Shown here one piece after another: positions 54,068-64,000 of a stretch of 64,000 bases of DNA; the first letter of the stretch is position 1, and every line of letters starts with the position of its first letter. The notes below the pieces were generated by a model. The model did not search any database and was not told the origin of the DNA. It worked only from the letters and a program-made list of their open reading frames with translations. A program made the position numbers and the translations under genes. The DNA comes from the human T2T-CHM13v2.0 reference genome, Homo sapiens: NCBI RefSeq assembly GCF_009914755.1, contig NC_060933.1; one strand, 5' to 3'.

Positions 54068-57000
54068 ATGATAATATCCCAGAATGTTAGAGTCAGAAGT
54101 TATAGATTCTACAGCTCAACCCTTTCATTGTTTAGAGAAATTCAGATGCACAAAGCAGAAAAATTTTCCCAAGTTAGTAATAAAGATGAGGTTTAAGCCC
54201 CAGTCTCCTGACCATAATAAATTCAGTGCTTATCTATTTATACAAGCCTGCCTAGATTATGGCAGTTCCAGAATGTTTGAGATCATAACCTTAAAGAAAA
54301 GCCGTGGTGCCATCTAGCATCATTTAATTACAGACACATCGGATCTTGGCCAATGTTTTTGGCTTAGTAAGTTAATTACTGTTACTTTAAGGAACGAAAC
54401 AAAATTAACCAGAGATCAGGAATTATTACAACCAACAAAGAAAAAAAGAGGATTGCCATTTTATGTTTTCTCCAAGTAAGTAACCGTGAACTAGGAAACC
54501 TTAGAATCAAATTTACTTTTGAATACCAGTTCTGCCTCCTATGATGTACATGACCATAGAAAACTCACAGGTCATGGGCCTCCATTTCCCCACTTGCAAA
54601 ATGAATCATAGAATTTTTATGAGAATTCTATATAATAAAATATGTAGAATACAATAAGGGCTTAACAAGTGGTCATTCCTTATTCCTCCCCATACCTCCT
54701 TCCTGTTTGGATGGCCAATTTCCCTATTTTAGGGCCAGTCATTGAACTAAAAAATGTTCAGACACTTAGACTGGTGAAACATAAAAATGTAATAACCTTA
54801 AAACATCTGAGGAAAATGCCCCTAAACTCATAGTGTGCACAACATGCCTGGAATTTGGACTTTTTCATTTGGTGGACTTTTCATATTTTCAGCCTTTGGT
54901 CAGACTTAAATTCCAGGGGGACTACCTCGCCTGATATTTTGGCACTTTCCCTAGTCACAGTTGGAAGCCAGAAGTACAAAAATGAGTGAAATTGAAAAAT
55001 AATGAAAAACAAAAGTCAATCAACTATTATATTTTCACTTTTTTTTCCTTCAGTGGAATAAAAAACAACAAAAAAAGCAAATCTGTTTGACTTTAAGTCA
55101 AAGCCTGGGATATCAAGTTTTAGTTCTGAAACCTTTTCCCATGCTCTAATTCAATAGGCTTCCACTTACCCCATGCTGGTCACATTTTAGAAACCCAAGA
55201 CCTCCTTTTTCCAGGTAATGTCTTATTAAGACCAGTGACTCTTGTGACTAATTCACAAGTCATGTTTTTTGGAAAGATATATTACATGCACATAGGTCTT
55301 GCTGGAGCTGAGAGAAAACAAAGCATTTTTGTTTGTCAGTGTCACATGCTTTGATATTGGTACCAACACAGCAGTGTGCAAGAAGTGTGCATGGATCCAA
55401 ATCCACGAATCCACATGGCAATTAGCATCAAGATTCTGCAATGTCTCCCAATCAAACTGAGTATCTGCGGTTTAGTCCCCTTTCAATATTGCAGAGTGGA
55501 CTAACATCTCCTGACATCCTTCTCTCCCCTAATCCCCACCCCTAAAGAATATCACTTTTTATTTTCTGCAGAATCAAAGACAACACTGAGATGTTGTCTT
55601 TGAATCAAAGACAATGCTGAGATGTTGAGGGAGATTGACATGCACAAGAATTCCAGAGTGTGTGAGCTCCAGGAGGTAAACTGACAAAACTCTGAACAGC
55701 GATGCTCGCTCATGCTGTGGAATATTTCTACTTTTCTTGAATTTAGGTATATTAATATTGTCTTGAATATTCCTAGATACAGTCTGTGGGCTCAGGAGTT
55801 GTGTTGACTCCTCCTGGTTTCCATTTATTCCTGTTAGTGTTTGGCACCTACGAAGGGCTCAATCAACCCCCATCAGGGGTTGACATCAACAAGGGAATAT
55901 TAATAAACCTAAATTCAAGAAAAGTAAAAAGAATACTAACAGCATCTGGTAGAGAGTTAGGGAGTGGAAGGAAGTGCCCACCGATGGCTCTGCTTCTAAC
56001 TCCAGGCACATTGCAGGAGTCTCTTCCCCACCTGGACCTTGCTGGGATCTCTCTGGAAAATAAGGGAGCACTAGACAGGATGGTCCCTAGGACCCCTCCC
56101 AGGTCTGATAGTCTGTGGGTGAAACAAGGTTCCCACAGCAGGAATCTGGGAGCCAGGCCACACTAATAAGTCTGTCCGTCCATGTAGAGATCATCCGGAA
56201 TAGCGGAGGGGCCAAGAAGTAACAGTATGCCTGCCCAATTTGCATAATAATCAGAAAGGACTACAGCCACTCAAAGCATTGCCACTTTAGAATGTTTCAT
56301 TCACCACGGAATGTGCTTTCTTCTCCTTGTTCAAAATGCTAATCAGAATGCTTGAATTAAAGAATTTTTTTTCTATGTCCAGTCAGGAGCAGACATAAAA
56401 TCCTAGATTTTGAAAAATCTAACTTTTCTAAATTTTTAATCAAAAACCTTGAAAAGAGGACAGGAGGACACCTCTGGAAGAGAGAGACACAGCATTGAGC
56501 CCTTTGTATATGCCAAACACTAACACAAATAAATGGAAACCAAGAGGGGTCAATACCACCCCTGACCTCACACAGCTAATATCTAGGAAATTAGACAGAT
56601 AAATACCCAGGCCCTAAAGTAAAGATTAGACGATGGTAAAGAATGAGAAGGACATCTGCCCTTAGAACTGACACTGTAGTGAGGGTGACATCCATCCAGC
56701 CTGAAAATGTTCACTTTATGGACCTCTGGCCATAGGAAAGTCCACTGTTACAAGCAGAAAAATGAAGGACGATTTGTCCACAAACAATAAGATCTTTGAA
56801 AACTGAATTGAACTTCAGTTATCTTATTCCTAAACTGAGAAATAGTATTCCCTGGCTCATATAGCTTTTTAATTCAATGAAGGTTTAGGAAAGGAAGCAC
56901 CTACTAGAAATCTAGAGTAAGCTATCTGATGTGATACATGTATGAACACCATAATAAGATTCAATGAGGAAGGGGGAAAGTGAAATTGGGGTCCCACCTC

Positions 57001-57339
57001 CATGAGAACAATGATCACCTCTGAAATTATAGAGGCTTAATTAGGTTACATAATTAAGTACCTATCATCTTTTTTCAGGGGACCATAAAATGCTCCTTGT
57101 ACAAAACTGTCTCACTATGATTCCTAAGGCATCTTTGGAGGAGAAGAGAAATAGCAAAGGTACTATAGTTCTCCATAAGTAGATGGAGCCTAGTCCAGCT
57201 TGAAGCTTAGATAGACTCCTCTCCTCCCAGCCATCTGCAGCCAGTTTCAGTTTTACAGATTGCAGTGATCTAGGACCACTGTCGAGACTCACCAGTCTCC
57301 AAGATCATCAAACTCAGTGGTGTCTGCAAATACACTGAG

Positions 57340-57910
57340 TCAGTGGAACTATGTTTATTGAGTACCAAATGCATGCCAGGCCCAGAATTGACCTCTGGTA
57401 GAGCAAGGTGTGCAGAACTTGGCTTGTCTGCTCACCAACTTTAGGGAAGTCAGATGTAATCAAGGAAAATTCAATATGGAATGTCCTAGAACCAATTCCA
57501 TCCAAGGCAGTCGGAGATGGTGTTACAGAAGAGATGCTATTTGGATTCACCAAGCAGAGAAGGGGGTAAGGATATGTCAGGCAGAAGGAATATCTTTAGC
57601 AAAGGCTCAGAAGGGTAAAGGAGCATGGGAACCTGCTCAGTTTCCTGCTTGAAAAAACAGCCAGTCTGGAGGCAGGGAGGGCAGGGGATAAGGCTAGAGA
57701 TGTGGACAAGAACCAAGTCTTATTGCTGCCATGTGTGCCAAGGCAAGGAGCCTGGCCTCCATCCAGTTGCCAGGGGAGCCATTGAGCTTCCACAGAAGTG
57801 ACATGGTCAGATTCATCTTTAAGGGCACTCCCTCTGGGGCACCATGAAGGCAGATTGGCAGGGGAAAGACTGAAGGCGAGGAGGAAGGTTACGAGGAGTT
57901 TTATTGCTGT
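57340..57910 (-). mobile_element. L2 3' region (antisense)
   Basis: TTTATTGAGTACCAAATGCATGCCAGG; GTGACATGGTCAGATTCATCTTTAAG. Confidence 0.75.
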
Positions 57911-58949
57911 TTTTGTATGAAGCATCTGTTCTAAAAGGAAAAATAAAGGAGTTAAGTCATGTGGCCGTGTAACTTTCCATGTGTGCTACTGCAGGGGATG
58001 ATTAGCACAAGGTGAGTGAGGATCAGAACACAGTGCTGAGTGAGAGGCAGGTAGCACAGATTGGTGTTCTTAGAGGGCTAAAGACCCAACAGATATCCCA
58101 GCTTTTCAGTGCAACAGTTGAATGACACTGGGAAACTCAGCCAAGAGGGATTATTGGGCAGAGCCTCAGTTTCCTCATGTGTAACATGGCAGTCATGGTG
58201 CCAGTCTGGTCAGTTTGCTGTGAATAAGAAATGCACACAAGGTCCCTGGCAGAGCCTCAGGCACAGAACAGGCCCTCCGTGAGTGGTAGCCACCATTATT
58301 ACAGTGGAAAAGTCTTCTGCCAAGAATGCTCTCAGAAGTCAGAAAGGATTCATTCACCAAGACAGAAGCTTTCTCTGCTAAGCACCAGTAACCAAAGCAA
58401 ACAAGAGCAGTGGGGACGAACCCAAAGTTGTTACCTATCTGGGAGGCTCAGGTGTCCCTTTGATGGAAAGCACAAACCAGCCTGAATCAAACAAGCCCAT
58501 ACACACCACCAGAGCTGCGTGTTCTCAGCAGCCCTGGGCACATTCCCACGTAACCTGGTTTGACAAGCTGCACTGGCCCAGTGCCCAGCTTCCAATCAGA
58601 ATCTATGAGGCCCAGAGATTATTTGACAATTTCTGTCTCTGTCTAGGAGAACAGCTATGGTGCAGAATGGAAGCATCAACATATGTGTTAAGCACATGTG
58701 TATTACCCTTTCATTCCTGTCTCACGTAGAAGGTAAATCACTTCTTCTAGACGGCAACAGCTTTTGCCATCAATACAGCTAATTCACTATCTGGGAACAG
58801 TTCTGGCTCCAGAATTAGGATTCAAGGCAGCAGATTTTCTGATACTCCCAGCTCTGACAGGATTGAGTTTCCTGCTGCAAACCACTTGCTTGGAAAGTGA
58901 AGGCACTGATGAAGACATTGCTCAGTCCCAGTTATCAGCTCTTCCTCTC

Positions 58950-60040
58950 CTATCTGCTCACTCTCATCCTCTCACTGGCAAATGTTCTGGAAACTTCTCA
59001 TGCTCCCTTTCCAACAACACCTCTTCCCTTCTACCACTATTTGTTGCACCGAGTACCCAACACCCATTGTTGCTTCTCACCTGGTGGTCACCTCTGAGAC
59101 TCTGAAAAGCCCTTTCTGCCTTCTCTATGACACTGAAATTTTCTCTGCAGGTCACCAGTAGCCTTTTGAAACCCAACAAGGCCTCACCCTACTTGGCCCC
59201 CTTCACTATTTTACACTTTGACCACCCTCTACTTCCAGAAAGCTGCCCCTCCGTGGTTCCTAACACTCCTCCCACTCTCCTGGCTCCCCCCAGTTCGCAC
59301 TGGCTGACTCCTCTTCCTCTGTCTACCTCTGGGCATGGGCTTTCTGGAGCTTTCTTTCCAGGGCCTCTTCTCTTTTTTCATTCCATATTCCTCTTCCTAG
59401 AAGATGACACAGTTGCTCCTGTTCCAGATACCTCTTATTCCCACAAGAAACTCTCTCTCTCTCTCTTTCTCTTTCTCTCTCCCTTGAGTCCAGAACTACA
59501 AAGCCAGCCCCCTGGTGGAACCCATCCCTGCTCATCCCACAATGGCCTCACACACAGTTGTCCCAGTCCAAACTCTCATCTTCCCCATCCAAACCTGCTC
59601 ATCTGCCTGTGTTTGCTGCCTTGTTGGTGGCCTCATCACCTTCTCCACCCAAGGGAGAAAGCTCAGGAAGTCTTGAATCCTCCTTCTATTTCACCCTTAT
59701 CCTTACTGCTCCATCCTCCACCAAAACCTCTCAACCTCTTGCTTGGCATTTTGCCATCACTTCATAACCAGTCTCGCTGCTTGCTTCCCCTGCCATTTCA
59801 GGTTCCTCATCACTGCTGTACAGAGAATATTACCTATCAGGGATCAAAAATACTCACCACCCCAAATGCCACTCCTTGGGGTGGCACCCAACACTCCCCC
59901 ACAGGTAGTGAGAACATACATTTGGGGTCTGTCTCTCCTACTGAATTGTCAATTTCTTAACAGCTACAACCATGTCTCAGTGGCTGAGTGTCAGCCACCC
60001 CAACCCATAGTAGGAGCTCAATACACACTTGAAGAAATGA
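58950..60040 (+). mobile_element. L2 fragment (pyrimidine-rich; source of the spurious 277-aa ORF)
   Basis: GGTCACCAGT..CCTTTTG; TCCAAACTC..CATCTTCCCC; AGTAGGAGCTCAATA..TTGAAGAAATGAA end. Confidence 0.65.
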
Positions 60041-60324
60041 ACAAACCTTCAGGCAGTCAACAGTCCCCAGTTTATCCAGCCTTGCTCTCTGACATAAAAA
60101 TGCCTTTCTCTGGTTATTTTATAATTTAAAGGCCATAAAGCAATTGTAAAATACACCTGAGCATCCCAACATTTCTAAGACTAATGAATGCCCCATCTTA
60201 ACTTTCCATCGTATTTAGTTGTTTCTAACTGTCTATTTATCCACATCAAACAAAAAGTCTCCTTGTTATGGGTTATGGCTAACAAAAATAATTTTATCAT
60301 TTTTTAAACTTTGATTTAGTTTGT

Positions 60325-60970
60325 GTCACCTGTTGGGGTCCAACCAGAAAAACAAGAAATTACTCTATTTAATACAAAGGGAATTTGGTAAAAATAATTG
60401 ATTACACAGATAATGGAGAAGCTGAGATGTTTAGGCAGATAATGGTGAGGTAACCTAAGAAGCAGGAAGCTGCTAGATAGACAGAGAAGACAGGCTAAAC
60501 AGACAAGGGAGAGCCTAGGCCAGTCACTCAGTGGAAGCTGGAAGTCTGGCAGTGGCAGATTTACCATGAAGCTAATGAGGCTTGAGCTTGCCATCCAGGG
60601 TCCCTTCTAAGACCCTGGATCTAATTTCATACTCACAATTTTGTATCATTTTTATTTAAAGCGGTCCCCAAACTTATATAAGCTATGAGTCATAAAACCT
60701 GGATCCACCATGAACCATAGAGGAAATGTTACCACTCCTGGAGATGTTGTCCAAGGCTGCGAGAGGCAGAGAGAAATCCCCTGGCTTTTCCTTTCTGTCC
60801 ACCTTCCAATTTCTTGCCAGTACTTCCCATTGGCCAAACAAATCCAGACAGAAGCCAACTAGCATGGGGGCCTAGGAAACACAGACTGCAGGTCATCCTC
60901 CCTGTGCTATGAAGTAAAGCAGGGAGGGGCGGGGGGTAGATCTAAGAACAAACAAACCAAGGACTGGCAT
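60325..60970 (-). mobile_element. Old ERVL-type LTR (LTR33/40/41-like), interrupted by a MITE
   Basis: CCTTCCAATTTCTTGCCAGTACTTCCCATTGGCCAAAC..GAAGCCA core. Confidence 0.55.
60550..60713. mobile_element. MER69A-like hAT-Tip100 MITE
   Basis: CAGTGGCAGATTTACCATGAAGCTAATGA ... AAAACCTGGATCCACCATG. Confidence 0.65.
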
Positions 60971-61902
60971 ATCAGCCTCACTGAATCTCCCTTTGGTGCC
61001 CAGTGCTAGGACTGAAAGTACACAAAGATATGAGGCTGTCTGCAGGGAAAGGTGAACTTGCTCTCCTTCTTCCAAGATTTTCCACAGAGCAGCATCATCC
61101 CAGTGTACGCAAAACATACTTGTATCTGCCTCCCAGCCCTGCAGTCTCTGAAACTCAATCTTGATATTGTCCTAAAGGCAGTCAGTCTTGGGTAGGCCAA
61201 GTCACACTAACCAAATTTATAGAAACTTGAGACATAAGCCCTAAAACCAGTATGCCTATTAATAAAAAGAAATATTCCTGTAGCATGGAGTAACATGCTC
61301 ATGTTAATAAAAACAGTTCAATTCTCTTGCTCACGATACCACACAATTATTGAATGCTAACTCCTTTGTGGGTACTCCTAATGTGGATACAGATGAATAA
61401 TACCCAGCCCCTCTAGAGGCCAGTAATGAATTTATAGTAACACAGTAGGCAGATCTAGACTGAAAAGAAATGATAATCCTTATTGAGTATGAATCCACAG
61501 ACAGGCAAGTTAAAGTGATTTGAATGTTTAATACCATCAAACACTGACAGATTCAGATGCTGGTCTTTACTATAGATAAAGACTTGGCAGGAAGATTGTA
61601 AGTGGTTGTTTTCTTGTCAGGGCGCAGCCTCCCCTGGAAAACGCTCAAATATGTCTCACTGACTCACTTTTTCTATGTCCTACACTGACCACCCCTTTGC
61701 TGATGGGCACATGCATGTAATGCCATCCATTTGGTCACAGCCAAGGCCAACAAGCCTGGGAACCATTCACTCACACCGAGGCAGGGCTTCTGAATCATTC
61801 TTGCCCTTTGAAAATCTCGTAAAAGCTTTAGACTCTTGCTGAAATGCATTTACACTTTCAGAAAGTCCTTTGATATAGTTGCCTCCAGTTCTTTCTCTAG
61901 AG

Positions 61903-62137
61903 CATCATTTTTCAACCACAGCACCACTGACATTTTGGGATGAATAATTCTTTGTTGTGGAGGTCCGTGCCCTGCGCTGTAAGATGTTTAGCAGCATCCT
62001 GGCCTCTACACACTAGATGACAGTAGCCCACCCATCACCAAGCTATGACAACCAAAAACATCTCTAGACATTGCCAAATATCCCTGGGGTGGGGGATGAG
62101 GCGGATAGGGAAAACCTGCCCCAGTTAAGAACCAGTG
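61903..62137. mobile_element. MER20 hAT-Charlie MITE
   Basis: TGACATTTTGG..ATAATTCTTTGTTGTGG..GATGTTTAGCAGCATCCTGGCCTCTAC..GACATTGCCAAAT. Confidence 0.9.
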
Positions 62138-62282
62138 CTCCAGAGAGCCATTGGCCACTTCCATTCTTCCTCCATGAGTGTCGCATGAAGGGTCCAGCCC
62201 TAAGAGTAACCAGGTGACCTCCCTCTAGGATTGAGGCTATTGGTCAGCTCAGCAGATGAATTAGCTTCAAAATGAAGAATGT

Positions 62283-62430
62283 CGCCTGGCATGGTGATGC
62301 ACGCCTATAGTCCCAGCTACTCCAGAGGCTGAGGCAGGAGGATTGCTTGAGGCCAGGAGTTCAAGCCCAGCCTGGGCAACATAGTGAGACCCCCTGCCCA
62401 CCACCATCTCTATTTTTTAAAAAAAGAAAG
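62283..62430 (+). mobile_element. FLAM (Alu monomer)
   Basis: Single monomer; perfect 14-bp TSD AAAATGAAGAATGT at 62269-62282 and 62431-62444. Confidence 0.93.
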
Positions 62431-62849
62431 AAAATGAAGAATGTTTTAAAGTTTCCACCTTCTAATTGTACCAAAGTATAAAATAAATGTCTACATGTGG
62501 ATCAGGGTTGGGAGAGAACAGAAAAACATGTGGTCCTGTGATCAGGATGGGGCGATTTTAAGTTTGGTTTTTTTGTTGTTTTCATCATTTGGGGAGAAAA
62601 CAACGCAACACTACTAGAGTGCACGTGCTTACAACACATTATGTGACTATATCCATTAGCCCACTAACCTTGAGTCCACCTGAAGCTGCCCGTGATCATT
62701 AGCCAGCCGTGTTTCCAGTATAGCTGGCATTATTGTCAGTCTCTTGTAAAGGACTGGGACCTGCAGCCTATGCCAATTCTCAAGGTTACCTGTGGTCCTT
62801 AAAATACGGCAAATAAGTCTTCATTGCCTCCCCGCTTGCTCACTCCCAT

Positions 62850-63075
62850 CAAACATATTCTGAGGATTCACTGTGGGCCAGACACTGTACTGTATGTATA
62901 TCAAATCATTTAAACTTACAACAAACTAGAAAAACAGGTATTACTGTCCCCACTTTAAAGAGAAAAGAACTGAGTATCCCAGAGGTTTAATTAGTCACTT
63001 AGTATCACACAGTCAGTAAACGACAGACCTGGAATTAAAGCCCAGCTCTTCTGACACTAAGGCCACTGATCTTTT
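62850..63075 (-). mobile_element. MIR SINE
   Basis: GGTATTACTGTCCCCACTTT..ACTGAG..CAGAGGTTTAA..TCACACAG..GGAATTAAAGCCCAG. Confidence 0.75.
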
Positions 63076-64000
63076 CCTGTTCCTGTTGTGTGTTTGTTCG
63101 ATTGCAAATTTTAGCTAGGACTATTCAAGATAAAAAAGAAATGGCCTCTGTGATGTGTATGAAAATCAAGGCAAACAGCTCAGTTTTTCATTTCATTGGG
63201 TAAGTGCATCAAAACAGATACTTGACATCAAACCAATAATACTCCTGATTGATGTGACATTTAAAAAAATATATGAATCCATTAAGAGCAGTGTTTGGCT
63301 ATCATTTTCAAATTCCCAGAATCTTCCCATAACGGAGGCAGCTACATGCAGTGCTGAGGAAAAGGCAGAAGCCCAGGAATTCTGCTTGGAGGGCTGTCCT
63401 CCCCATCTCCACAGCAGTAACTTCAAGCTGGCTCTGAGCAAGAAAACACTCATTAGCCTTTAGTTACCAATACAAACTGACGGCCTCTTTATTCTGCCCA
63501 CACAACTCCTGAGGAAGTCTGGGACAAGGATGGAGAGACCAGATTGATGGGGCTACTCCAAAACACAAATAATGTATTTCCTCCCAGATATGAAAACAAC
63601 ACTTGAAGCCAGGGTGTAATAATAGGTTTTCCCAACATGGTTGCTTTCATGGAGAATTACGACTGTGCCCTAATTACACTTCTAAGAATACCAAGTCTGG
63701 ATTTCTTCTTTCCTTCCCTTCTTCTCTTGCCTTCCCTTCCTTCCTTCTTCCCTCCTCCAACTATCACATCCTGACCTCCTGCTCTGCACCAACCCCTATG
63801 CTGGGACCTGGGGATACTGACATGAATGAATCCCAAACACTGTCTCTTCTTAGACTCTAGTGGGGGATACTGGCAAATAAACAATCCCATGAGAGTGTGA
63901 CCAGCACTAGAATGGTATTGTGCCATTTCTCCCCTCAAAAAGATGGAAACACTCAAAGTGATATGGGGAAATCATTAATCTGTTTGAAATATGGGAGGTC

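Noticed and set aside
59127-59960. Longest ORF (277 aa)
   Set aside because: Pro/Leu/Ser/His-rich translation of pyrimidine-rich L2 sequence with few stop codons; no recognisable domain.

Overview
Primate, most likely human, non-coding DNA (intergenic or deep intronic), inferred from Alu elements and a near-intact HERV-K(HML-2) LTR5_Hs-type solo LTR. I found no credible protein-coding exon, RNA gene or CpG island. The ORF track is explained by Alu, L2 and LTR sequence and by chance ORFs. Much of the window is interspersed repeat: about 11 Alu/FLAM copies, many MIR and L2 fragments, old L1 ORF2/3' pieces, L3/CR1 and L4-like fossils, MaLR/ERVL LTRs and hAT/Mariner MITEs. Family names come from recall of consensus sequences, not a RepeatMasker run, and boundaries of old elements are approximate. 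The notable items are: (1) a 960-bp solo LTR with a 5-bp TSD inserted in a MIR; (2) four near-perfect fold-back hairpins within about 9 kb around that LTR; (3) a 60-bp patch apparently copied from 1.9 kb away, next to a 24-bp tandem duplication; (4) a ~236-bp unidentified, TSD-flanked, A-tailed insert splitting an L1 RT region; (5) a strong CTCF motif; (6) an AP-1/RUNX/SOX/ETS/CEBP motif cluster; (7) candidate microexons; (8) a possible Gypsy-like protease/RT fossil. I did not find a convincing new biological system.
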